Below, one piece after another: positions 26,871 to 38,690 of a stretch of DNA of 64,000 nucleotides. The DNA is from Eledone cirrhosa (taxonomy: Eukaryota). The stretch covers positions 120,404,001 through 120,468,000 of the forward strand of contig OZ024743.1 of assembly GCA_964016885.1 (NCBI GenBank). Reading direction: 5' to 3'. The notes below the pieces were generated by a model. The model was not told the origin of the DNA, did no database searches, and saw nothing but the letters and a program-made list of their open reading frames with translations. Position numbers and translations under genes: made by a program. Position 1 is the stretch's first letter, and each line of letters opens with the position of its first letter.

Positions 26871-28179
26871 GTAATGTACTACTGATCAGTAACTATTCTA
26901 CCCTGAAGAATTTTGTAATTATAAAGTGAAAGTCTTTTCTTTAGGAAGCAGTTTTAGCAATGAGATCACAATTGAGAAATCGTTCGAAGTCTGCAATACT
27001 TGTTTTGGGACTGCTGAAAGAGACTACTGTGTCCTGTACACATTGAAGGGAGTTTTTTGGTGAGGTCATAGTCCATAATAGTAGAACTGGCCTGGTGCAA
27101 GGTGTCTAGGTTGTATATGAGCTAAGTGCTTTTGCTGAAGGTTAAGAAGATTGCAACGACCAAATGCTATTTATAATCTGTGTAATGAAATACAATTTTT
27201 CATTTTACTATCAATAAAGCATTTTTCCTACGTAATGGAAATTTCTCTTAAATATTTCCCTTCTCCATGCCAAGGAATGAAATGAAATTTGTAACGTATT
27301 TACTTCATCCATAAATCGTCTAAGCCAATTCTAATTCATTATTGATTGGAGCGCATGTCTGTAAACAAACATAAGTGTTTATATTGTCGACAGAAGACAA
27401 TAAATACAAAATATTAGGCACTCTTAAGGTTCCGTTTCTATTTCCTTTTATTTATGTGCTTACATAATTGTTTATTTTCCGATTTATTTGGTTCGCTGAA
27501 AGAATTTTATTCAGCATCTCAGATAGTACAAACAGGCTTTCAGTATGAAAAATAACCTTCTATGTTTATTATGGAAAAATATAGATCTATTCCGGATTTT
27601 ATCTTGGCTGAAAGCCAGAAAAATACATTTCTCTTGATCTCTTACACTTCATCTCTTGAAGACTTTTTACTTTTATAATCTTTCGGACACGTTGTGAATA
27701 TATTTATCGATGCAAAACAAAGGTCATCAACTTGGAACCACCCGGTAGGTGATTTACTTCTAACAGAAAATATATGAATTAGTTTGTGTATTTCATATGG
27801 TGGTGGTAGTGGTGGTAAGACATTGCCTAGTCACGATCTGTCGTAAAACGTAGTCTGTAGAGTTTTCGATCTCGACGATGTAGGGTGTTTAGATGTAAGA
27901 GGAGGTGTCGCAAAATATATAAAGCAATTTTGGCATGGGAGAGGAGTGCTTTAGTAGAAAGAGGGTCAAATGTGCATTGGTCAGAGGCAGTCTCTTTAGA
28001 AGTATTTTGAGGTGGCGAAGTTTAGATTTGAGTAGCAAGCAGAAGGATTTGTGAATCAAGGATGAGGATATTTTCTTTCAAGGATCACTTTATCCTGGTG
28101 AAGTATCGGTCACGGCGGCATGAACTCTATATGTGTAATAACTGATATTCACATGTCAGATTTGTATATCTTGATTGCG

Positions 28180-28660
28180 AGTTCGATCCCCGACAAGGCA
28201 AGGACTTTTAGTGGAGGCCGTTGCAAATAGTGTCAGGAGGTTCACCTAGTGACACGGTATCTAAGTACGATATATTGAAAGGTGCTGTCATGCCACAAGG
28301 GATATCATCAACACCTAGAATGAAGAGAAGAGGGCATTGAGGATCTCTGTTGGACACAGGTTGAGGATGATATAATATCGTTATCAAGGAACATGACGAT
28401 AGTAGTAGACAATAAGTAGATAGACGACAGACTTACAAATGATTTTCGTTGGCCACTTCCTGAATATGTTTCCCAGTGCTGTAGAACGTATACCACCGCT
28501 CTTCTTCCTCAGACCAGTATGGTTAGCTGGAAAAATGAGGCCATGAAGGTGGAGATTCATCTCATCATGAGTAAGTTTGTTGGAAAGGGCCGTAATCACC
28601 GTTATCAAAGGATGGAATGACAGCCAGTCTTAAGGGGACTATGTCGGTATCTGACGACAC
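28180..28660 (-). mobile_element. Old CRE-clade RT fragment
   Basis: GLRKKSGGIRSTALGNIFRKW..K matches the L.KK.GG.RPIAVG...RRL..K motif. Confidence 0.6.
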
Positions 28661-28689
28661 TTCAACTATGACATACAGGGAACTTTTGA

Positions 28690-29537
28690 AATTTGTAATT
28701 CATTTAGAGTATTTGTGAGCATCTTTTGCTCACAAATACTCTAAATGGAAATGGAGAATGTTCATTTTGGTAATTTCATGTTTCAGGATAGGTTTATGCT
28801 TTCAGTCATTTGATTCCTATAAATAGGTAGATAATCGAATTGTTGCAGTTTTCAATGAAATATCTAACTGGATGAATTAATGACCTTCGTTTTTAGGGAG
28901 ATATAACCTGTCAATGTCTGCCTTTGCTTGATGCATTTTGTGAATGGCTAATAGTTTTCTAATTTTTGTATCAAGTTTACGGCTTGACCAGATTTTTTTA
29001 ATTGAAATTGTATATTACTACCGAAATGGCAAGTTTGTTATTGACATCAATCCTATCCTTTGCATTTAGTTCTGATCTTAAAGTTTCTCTTACTCTGTGG
29101 TAACATCCCTTCTTTATATTTTCCCTCCTTGTCAAGTGTTTGATTCCGTTTCCTTCGCAGAGGCCTAGGTATTTAAAAGTTTCTTCTTGTTCTAGTTATC
29201 CCATACCTTAGCCTTGATCACAATTAATGTCTGAGGTTTTCAACAGCATTCCTCTGATGAACATCACTTTGGTGCCCTTACCAAGTCCAAATTCCATTTA
29301 ATTGAATTGCTCATCAATTTTTGCATATAACTTCAAATCACCCATGTAGAACAAATGATTAATAGCTTTGTCATAAACTCTATATCCACGTTTAATTTCA
29401 TTTAACGTTTTACTTAAGGGTATAAGTGTGATGCAAAATAAAAGCGGTGATAAAGAGTTTCGTTGAAAAATTCCACAAGTAATGTCAAATTCTCCAGCAT
29501 TTAGAGATTTGTTTTCACTGTTTAAAATAAGTGTTAT
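28690..29537 (-). mobile_element. R4/Dong-like non-LTR RT fragment
   Basis: GIFQRNSLSPLLFCITLIPLSKTLN...GY...INHLFYMGDLKLYAK, then MEFGL and TFKYLG. Cut by the SINE cluster. Confidence 0.75.
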
Positions 29538-30243
29538 TTGCCTTTCATCCTTACGGGGTCGATAAAATAAAGTACCAGTAATGTACTGGGTAATTGCTGG
29601 CCTTGTGCCAAAAGTAGAAACAATTATTATTACGGGATTAGGGCGGTGAATTGGCAGTATCGGTAGAGGTTCGGACGCCATGGTTTCTAGCATAGTTACG
29701 TCCCTTTACGGTTTGAGTTCAAATCCCGTCGAGGTTAACTTTGCTTTTCATCCTTATGCGGGTCGATAAAATAAAGTACCAGTAATGTACTGGTTATTTG
29801 CTGGCTTTGTGCCAAAAGTAGAAACAATTATTATTTCGGGATATGAACTCAGACCATAAAGGGCCGTAACTCCTTGCAGCAAAGAGTTACGGCCCTTTAT
29901 GGTCTGAGTTCAAATCCCGCCGCGGTTAACTTTGCCTTTCATCCTTACGGGGTCGATAAAATAAAGTACCAGTAATATACTGGAATAATTGCTGGCTTTG
30001 TGCCAAAAGTAGAAACAATTATTATTTGGATTGGCAGTATCGGTAGAGCGTCAGACACCATGCTTTGCAGCATATAGTTATGGCCCTTTATGTTCTGAGT
30101 TCATATCCCGCCGAGGTTAGCTTTGCCTTTCATCCTTACGGGGTCGATAAAATAAAGCACCTGTAATGCACTAGGGTCGAGTTAATCGACTTTCCCCTCC
30201 CCCAAAATTGCTGGCCTTGTGCCTATATAAGAAACAATTATTA
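29538..30243 (+). mobile_element. Head-to-tail cluster of four tRNA-SINE copies with an internal palindrome (29844-29912)
   Basis: The core gcctttcatccttacggggtcgataaaataaag recurs near 29540, 29742, 29933 and 30125. Confidence 0.9.
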
Positions 30244-31329
30244 GCAAAAAGACCAACCTCCGGGCGGACTTTATAGATGTAAAATAGTTGGGAATGATTT
30301 GAGGCAAGAATTTTTCGCCTCACCTTTTTATTATTTTTAAATCTGTCATCGCAGTTTTAGGTTTTGAACATTGCATATTCCTGAATCTGAAAAACGAAAA
30401 GAAAAATTCTGTTAACATTCATTTTATAAAATTTAAGAAAAACTAAATTTTTCAGTCAAAAACTGAAAAGGGTTGGATGATTTACAGCTGCATTGCTTTT
30501 CTTTTTCATACATAAATACATATCGTTTCCATTGGAAGTGTATACGTGTATTTGTGTAAAAGCGTTTGCATTTTTAATTAAATTTTCATCTTCAAAAAAT
30601 AGAAAGAGAACCAACGGGATTTTAAAATTTTCTGAAATTGAAAAAAAAGAAAGAATATTTTCAAATATATAGAAAATGTATTTATGCACTTCAAATGCAG
30701 ACGAAATATATTCATAATACAAAACTTCACTGCAGCTGTAAATCACATAACTTTAATACACTTCTGATTTAAAATAAAATTTAATTTTATATGAATATTT
30801 AAAAATTAAACTTTTTTATGTTGATTCTAAATTTCTGATACCCAAAATATAAAGATGCGAAGATCATTTTTGAAAAAGAAAAAAGCATAATAACAATGTT
30901 TGGAAAGCTTAAAAAGGTCAAAGCAATTAGCAGAATTATTGATTTGCTGTAAATGATAGCCGAGGGCATTAGCCGACAATATTTTTAATTTGTTTTAAAT
31001 TGTTGCTATAAAATATTGACTCACATGTTTAGAATTATTATAACTCAATTATTATTATTATTATCAGTAGTTGTTGAAGTACGAAGACGTGAATTGTGAG
31101 CTCGTGAGTTCTGTTATTATTTCTATTGTTAAACAGTGTTTTTTATCTGAAATTTTATAAAGGACTCAGCTTCCGTGTGAGTTGGTCCTGCTTTCTATAT
31201 ATGCAGTCCTTCGGGATTAAACTGGTGTTTTTTTTTCGCAAACACGCCCATAAATTTTGAAAAAACAAACATGGCTGATGCCAAAATTTCGTCTACAAAA
31301 CAAAAGAGCGGTTTGTTTAATCAAGGGAC

Positions 31330-31615
31330 CAGCCACGTTTCGATCAGTAGCAGTGACAGCACCAGCAGTTACAGCAGCAGCAGCAGTATCAGCCAAGCAA
31401 GGATTTTCGTTTCCAAAGACAATGGCACCACCACCACACCAACTAAAATCAACACCAATACAAACGCTACCACCAAAGCCGCCACCACCCCTACCAACAG
31501 CATCAACACCAGTAACAGCAGCAGCAGCATCAACAGCAACTACGACAACAACAACGACAACGACGACGACGACGACGACATCAACAACAACAACAACAAA
31601 CGCGACAGCAGCAAC
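31330..31615 (+). repeat. Mixed CAG/CAA/GAC/CAC low-complexity tract
   Basis: Seen directly; it generates the spurious T/S/N-rich ORFs. Confidence 0.85.
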
Positions 31616-31704
31616 GGTGAAAGTATGGAGACTAAATAAACAGGTTTTGTGTTTCGGATACCTAAATATGGAATGTTACGCGATGTCCCCCCCCCCCCCC
31701 CCCC

Positions 31705-34700
31705 ACACACACAGCCCCGGCGGACAGGATGGAGAAGGCGTTCCCGCGGACGACGGCAAGGGAGACGTGCTGGAAAAGCCACTCGAACTAACGGGGCTCA
31801 CACCTACGGCTGGCCAGCTCAGCGCCTATGGTGGTGGTGAGTAGGGAGGTAGACCTGGGGCCGAGGACACCAGAAGTCTCCGCTGCCAGGGGTTCAACCG
31901 CAAACCTGTCGGAGAGTGACCGGTATTTGAGGAGCTTGGCCTCCTCGGCCCGACGTGCTGGGTTAGTGGCAGACTGCACCAGGTTGCGGCTGCAGAAAGT
32001 GTCAGTGCAAGTGGCATCCCAGACGAGGGGTTTGCCACCGCGGAACGGGAAGATGGTCATGCCATCTGGCCTTTAACCGTCCCCTCGGTCCAGCCCCACC
32101 GGCTCGAGCTGAGAAGGGAAGCCCGCAGCGTCCAAGCCATGCTTTATGACCTCGATGAGGGCAGCATGGCGTGGAAGGCGGCCGGCACTGTGGAGACAGG
32201 AAAGTGGGTGTAGGCCGAAAGAGTCCACGGTGGATCCGCAGCGACATTGGTGTGGCTCGCAGATCCGGTGGCCGAGCCTCAAGGAAACGCCAATGCGCAG
32301 GCTATTGTTGTCTAGCTGCGTGCCAGTGGAGAAGGCGGGCAGGGCATGGAGCCAGGCACCACTGTGGGATTTTGAGGCTGCACGAAAGCAGGCAAGGCGG
32401 TGTTGGTCGAGCTGGCGCGTGAGCCTGTTTGAGGCCAGGCGCACTGGATGGCATCCCAAGTGCTTTGGGGAGACTTGACGTCAAGAGGGGGAGAAATAGG
32501 AGGGTCGTCTACTGGGCTAAGTCCCAGCCGGCCCCACGTCTAACAGGCGGCCTCACGTTCTCTGAACACAGAGGGTTCTATTGTGTTTTGAAGAACCCTG
32601 CTGACGAGGACGCGGCACGAGGTTACCGACGAAAGATACGCCGGCAAAGCCTGACAGGTAAAGTGGCCTGTTGCCATCCAATGTCGTCAAACTTGACGTT
32701 GCATATCTCCTTAGCTGCTACTCGGATACAAGTATCAGGGTCAGCGAGGAGAGATGTGTGGCTGTAGCATGGAGCGCTGCGGAGGGTGTAGAGGTGCGTC
32801 GGAATGGCGAAGCAGAAAGAGAGCTAGGTGGCCGTCGATCAGGCCCAGTTGGCTCGTGAGAGTCTGGAGTTGTTGAAGCCTGGACCTGATGGTGGAGCGG
32901 ATGGCCGGCGGGTGGATCGGTGACCCGAGGATGAGGACATCATCTTTGGGGATCACCTGTACCTGGTGGAGAATGGACCACACATCCGAGACGGAGGCTG
33001 AAAAGCTCTCAGCATCGTGGCTGACATTCACCACCTCCGACTTTGCCAAGTTGACCTGGAGTCCGATTCCTGCCAGGGCAGGAACCACCGATTGAAGGTC
33101 ATGGCAGACAGTCTGTACGGGCCCGCCCAACGTAGCATCATCCAGATACCAAACGTTGAGAGGGGTCGTGATACTCCGGGCGATGTGGTCTATACCAAGG
33201 GCAAACAGGAGGGGTCCCAAAGGGTCGCCCTGTTGGATACCAGTAGCTGAAGGTATGACCGTATCAGCAGCAAGGAGCAAGCTCGGGACTCCATACGACA
33301 GGTAGGCCAGCGGGTAGGCAGATGGGGCTCGGTTGACATCGAGCAGATGGTCCCGGCGCAAGCAGTTGAAGGCATTCCTCATGTCAAGCTTGACAATGAG
33401 GTGCCTGGTGTCCCTGGATGCTGGTTCCGGTGGGCAGTTGTTGAAGAGCTGCCTGGTTGCATGTGAGGCCTCCTCACAGCCACCGGACACCCGACACCCA
33501 GTTGCACCGGACTGAACTCCTCACCCAGTTCGGGTGTTATGGACCTGCAGACCACCTCACCAGCGGTGAGGCTAGCCGAAAAAAAGAGGCCTCGGGCGTG
33601 AGGGTCCAGGGTACCATGGATGAGCCTATTAGTGAGCGCCACAATTGCACTCAGAAGGCGGCGCCCGGCCTCAGCGCAGAGGGGGATAGCAACTCCTTGA
33701 GGGGGCCTGGTCGGAGACGAGCAGCACCTGCTGGCTGGGAAGGATTTGATGGCAGACATGATGTCTGCGTCGGAAGCCACAAGGAGCAAGTTGGGGTCGG
33801 GTGGGGGTATGGGTCTGAGATCAGCGGGTGACTCAGAGTGTTTGAGTCGCAGGGCAGCCAGGACCTCTTCGGTGGGTTGGAGGACAGTGTCCTCTGAGGC
33901 AACAACTCTGACTGCGGCCGAGACATTACCCATGATTAGTTTAGCATTTACGCGGTCACGCAAACGCTTGGCGCTGGCCTCAGGGGTGGAGGATTGGGGG
34001 TACCCGAGGGTGGGGTATGCCGCGTCTCTGGGCACTCTTGGAATGGGCGTTTGCCCAAAGGACGAAACATTGGCCTTGACGAAGGCTGATGTCGACCGGC
34101 CGCCGCGATCAGCGCCAGAGCTGGGGAGGCGGAGGGTGAGTGGGGCTAAATAAAAGAGTCGCTCCCAGTCGCTGGCTCGATTGGAGTCCAGGGCGCTCTC
34201 AATCGAGGAAGCGAGGGCATCGGCTACTGGCACCCGGGCCGCTTTCGGGATCCTGAGTGGGATCTTCCGGAGCCGCCTGAACCGAGAAATGTTGACCAGC
34301 GACGCTTGGGTGTCAGGCAAGCTCGCTGTCTCATGTGATGGTGTGCCAGACGGCCGTGGTTGGGCAGACGAGGGGAAGAGGCAGTTCCTGCATCTCCACG
34401 CTGTGAGGGCACTGGAAGCTCGACGTGTGAAGCTAACACAGGTAAGGTGGTGGAAGCAACCGGACCCCGAACAGTTCCGCCCCTCTTCTGTCTGTTAGTG
34501 GTGCTGCAAGTGCTGCAGGTGTCGGCTTGGGGGGGATGGGGGATGGGGCGTGGTGCCGGGGACTGGGGCACCGAGCGGCATGCATCAGAGGTGAGTGGCT
34601 GGCGCGTGTGGGTGTAAGGGAAAGTGATGGTAAGAGGGCCTCACAGCTCACCTACATCAGATATAGAGGCGTCAGAGTACAAGAGAGAAAAGAAGGGGTG

Positions 34701-34750
34701 CATGGAGGTGGACACACAAGAAGGTAGAATGTTAGCAAATGGATGAATGT
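31705..34750 (-). mobile_element. CRE-clade non-LTR retrotransposon, near full-length and frameshifted (PHD-like finger, RT, CCHC, restriction-like endonuclease)
   Basis: RT: KLDMRNAFN, GIQQGDPLGPLLF, WYLDD, GLQVNLAKSE. Then SGAWLHALP...LRLG, CRCG..D..GLH.LSC...RH, RPDG...WDAT, ETSGVLG and WLFQHVSLAVVRGNA. Visibly GC-rich compared with the flanks. Confidence 0.92.
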
Positions 34751-34771
34751 ACAATCCCCCCCCTAAAAAAA

Positions 34772-34969
34772 GGTGTGGGAAAAGAGAAAACGAGGAGCCC
34801 TCAAAGCTGGCAGGTGCCGCCTAAGCGACAATATCCTTCGTAAAGGCTGCGAAAAATGTAGAAAGATCCACGTTAGCGACAGGAAGACAAGGTGGCGAAG
34901 CTTATGGTCAAGAAGAGCGACCACAGGGTCAGAAATAGCTCTCACCCTTCGCCCTCAAAAAGAGGGCGA
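34772..34969 (+). mobile_element. Short RTE-like LINE 3' insertion with probable target-site duplication
   Basis: KRKRG...SDNI...DR..RWRSL-type C-terminus, 3' stem-loop TCGCCCTC-aaaaa-GAGGGCGA (34949-34969), and C8TA7 on both sides (34756-34771 and 34975-34990). Confidence 0.55.
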
Positions 34970-35138
34970 CCCCCCCCCCCCCTAAAAAAAAAGAAAGGTG
35001 AAGACGTAAACGCCAGCACTACCATCATCATCAACAGTCCCACCGGCACAACCACCAACGCCATCACCACCTCCACCCACATCACCTGATTATAATCAAT
35101 GATAATATAACACATCTTTTTACAAACTGGTCCTAGAA

Positions 35139-35500
35139 TGTTACTTACTTGTACTTGTGTCGACATTCACGCTGGACGGGTTGAGCCGGCTTCTTCCCTT
35201 GTCCTGACGGCATACCGAACCATGGCAGCCCACGCACGACGGTCTCGGGCTAGGTCACTGGAGATAGCGAGCCAGTCACGGTTCCATCGGCGCAGGCCGA
35301 CCACCTGCGGACCTGAGATTTCGGATAGGTCCTGATTGATCGTCGTTGCACAGGTCTTCAGCTGCCCGCCAACGCGCTTGCGCCAGTTAGGGAGTGGAGG
35401 TGGGAGGAGAACATCACGGATCAGCTCACCCTCAGGGGCGCCGGGCTGCGTGACCAAACCATCTCAAGCGCCGTTGCAGAAGCACTGAAGGATGGGGTCG
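35139..35500 (-). mobile_element. RTE LINE 3' fragment with (CAAGTA)n tail
   Basis: WRKRVGGQLKTCATTINQDL...WLAISSDLARDRRAWAAMVR; tail caagtacaagtaagtaac. Confidence 0.8.
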
Positions 35501-35823
35501 AAGATTCAGGCAAAGACGAAGACTGTTGTTCTAGAATATATATGACGCGAGAAACACAAAATCACTGTCAACAATACCAGTGATGACATCGACCAGTGGC
35601 TTAGAACTACTGTGGGAACGCAGTATGGCCAGATGGACAGTGTCAACGTAGGATTTAGTGATATGTGGTTAGGGATGGAGTACCATGAACATACAAGGTA
35701 TTTTGAAAGGTATTTTGTTTGCCCTACAACAGTAGTTTAACAAGTTTATCAAACACTTTTCGAAATTTAATCATTAAAAACCACGCGAATGACACAATTT
35801 GAAAAATACAAATCCTTGATATT

Positions 35824-36012
35824 GGTTTCTGATTTAGGCACAAGGCCTAAGTCGTCCCCAGTGCATTACTGGTACTTTATGTTATCAACCCCCGTAAGGA
35901 TGAAAGGCAAAGCTAATCTCGACGTGATTTGAACTCAAATCGCAAAAGGGCGTAATCTTATGCCATAAGGCATGTTGTCAGATGCTCTACCGATACTGCC
36001 AATCCACCGCTC
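35824..36012 (-). mobile_element. tRNA-SINE, diverged
   Basis: Core and head are recognisable. Confidence 0.8.
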
Positions 36013-37000
36013 CTTTTTACTAACTGATATTACTAATGCGTCTCTAAATTACAACACGGTTTCATAGATACATATAACTTATTGTTTATTTATGCTCACA
36101 ATCTTTACACAAAAATATATTTTTTGTGGCAGCAGCAGCAGTTGTAGCAACAGCAACAACAGTAACAAAAGCAACAGCAACAACCACATCACCATAATAA
36201 TGACCATTGCTATCAGAAAAGCTTTCAACTCCATCTCTGATACCTATGGTTGCAAAACCTATTTAGAATACAACACATGAAGAATCTTAATTTCCCTAAT
36301 GGAATACCATAAGAACCAGTCCTCTAAGCTACTCTTTTTAATCTGTACCGACACGACCATTCCACACTGCCACATAGATAGATGGACATGGCACTCAAAC
36401 CCTCCTTTCATTTACCAGACAGAGTTACACAGTTATAAGTGTGATCATAAACAAGTATAACAGCTAGACTCAAAATGTCCTAGAACAAGTTTAAAATCTA
36501 ATTTATTGCGAGAAAATCTATTTTTGCTTTCAAATATTTGTTCATATTCATTCTTTTACACAAGACTTCTCTCCCAACATCATTTCACTTTTTATTCTTT
36601 TCACATTGTTGTCATGTTATGCATATACTTTTATATCTTTCTATTTTTGTTTTATATAGTGTTTTCCTTATATTCTATCTCTGAAAAATGCGTAATACAG
36701 CATAAAATATGAGGAGTAATTGTATATAAGATAGTAAATTTACTCGAACACTAATTGGTAAATCTACTTCACTAGATGATTTATTCTGGACGTTAGCTGG
36801 CGTATAAAGATTCTGACTCAGAGATCCTAATGTGATTCTTGCCACACCAAAACTGATGCGACGCAATTTGTTTAGAGGCAAGATTTTCGTCTGTTAGACC
36901 AGCTCGCTCTGTCTAATAACTGTAGCCGGGCAATTATTTCAGAAGGTTAGATATACTTTTGTATACTTTATGGTGTGTTCACGTCACACGAACGCGCGCG

Positions 37001-37098
<98 letters not shown>

Positions 37099-37719
37099 AG
37101 TAATTCATCCCAAATTTGTTCGGAGGTCGAGTCTGCGTAAGCGCTGGATGATACATAGAAAAGATCTTAGGAAAGAAAAGCAACACAGACAAGTAGGAGA
37201 ATGAAGTAAGTAATTTCACGTTATAGAGAAGATAAGAGAAGATAATGTAAAGTTTCATGTTATGGACATTCGTCTAGAAACGTGAAATAGAGCTCAATGA
37301 TGTTTCTCAGTAGATTTGGTTAAGTATTAGCATGCTAGTTTCTGTTATCTTTCTTAACCAAGAAATAAGTCACAATCTATTAAGCAATATTTCTTTCTTC
37401 TTGACGAAGGAGCAAAGCCAGAAACGTCCAAATATCTTATTTTCTTTCTAAAACATGCAAGTAGTTACTTGGTACTGTTTATTTGCGTTCGTTTTCGTCT
37501 TAAGGTTTTATATATTTATGCAGAAGCGACCCAAACCATTCAATAAAAAACCAGTGTGCAGGGGTTTTAACGAAAGGACAATTTAACCAAATAAGAAATG
37601 TTTTGAAGACCTAGAACAGAAAAACCAAGCTTCGTTAACATCAATTTTTTGTACATGTTATAAAGATCCTTTTTATATATACCAGGTGCGCTTTCTAACC
37701 CCTTTTTTAATTTCATTTT

Positions 37720-37763
<44 letters not shown>

Positions 37764-37933
37764 AATAAGATTTCGTTTCAAGCATAGCTTTATATATATA
37801 TATGTAGATAAATCTACCAAAATATACGGTAGTGTCCAATCCGTATGAAAAACTCAATGTAATCTAAATATCATGAAAAGAGAAGATGTATTCAAAATTT
37901 TTTCGATGAAAAACACAGGAAAACAGAGTCAAG

Positions 37934-38318
37934 ATAAATTAATAAAAACAATGAATAAAAACAAAGAAACAGTTCCTTATATTAAAAAATTCATCATTTT
38001 ACGATCGTTTCTAGGATATATATGTGTGTGTTGGTATGTATATCATATAGATCTATGTAAAAGTTTTACAAACTATCAGAGGGAATATACATACCTACAC
38101 ATATATATGCTGTCTTCAGAAATAAAATGTTTCTGAAGACAGCATATATATGTGTAGGTATGTATATTCCCTCTGATAGTTTGTAAAACTTTTACATAGA
38201 TCTATATGATATACATACCAACACACACATATATATCCTAGAAACGATCGTAAAATGATGAATTTTTTAATATAAGGAACTGTTTCTTTGTTTTTATTCA
38301 TTGTTTTTATTAATTTAT
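37934..38318. repeat. Apparently perfect 189-bp-arm fold-back with a 7-nt loop
   Basis: Arms 37934-38122 and 38130-38318. The ORF track gives an identical peptide on both strands. Confidence 0.95.
38128..38257 (+). ncRNA. Hammerhead motif with ~100-nt extended stem II (mirror copy 37995-38122, minus)
   Basis: UUU CUGAAGA ...auauauaugugu.gguauguauau.../...auauacauacc..acacauauauau... GAAA CGAUCG UA AAA. Confidence 0.7.
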
Positions 38319-38519
38319 ATATATATATATATATATAGTAATAATAAATTTGAAGACTAAAATCCAAAGAGGGCTCGATAAGGATAAATATATATCAGAT
38401 ATATAAGTATAACTATATATATATATATAGTAATATATATGTATAAATAAACACAGTAAATCTCGTGTCTAAAATTACGAGTTAATAACTCTATATTTTA
38501 TTTGTATATATATATATGT

Positions 38520-38690
38520 AGTTATAGTTTGGGAGAGTCATAATGCCAATAAAAACACAACACCAGTTAATTTTCACTTTGGTTTTATTATTATTCAAGT
38601 CTTCAGTTCTTCAGTTAGTTTTGTAATAAGATGGCTATTTATTTGTCAAAGCTCTTTCGTCACATATTCTGTGACTTTCTCAATGAATTT
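38520..38690 (-). mobile_element. Diverged family A pLTR with decayed hammerhead (38647-38685)
   Basis: GUCACA gaaua UGUGAC GAAA GAGC UU ug is retained; the CUGA core is mutated. Confidence 0.55.

Noticed and set aside
26900-26945. Hammerhead candidate CUGAAGA...GAAA
   Set aside because: Stem II is only A/U/G-U pairs and there is no convincing stem III or stem I; could be chance.
31257-31844. 195-aa T/A/P-rich ORF as a mucin-like host gene
   Set aside because: Made of a trinucleotide tract plus the antisense of the CRE 3' end; no supported splice structure.
31705-34750. Bacterial contamination or prophage because of high GC
   Set aside because: The encoded motifs are those of a eukaryotic RLE non-LTR retrotransposon, with related decayed copies nearby.
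37398-37432. UUGACGA agg...cca GAAACGUC relic
   Set aside because: Too degenerate (core mutation, weak stems) to list as a feature.
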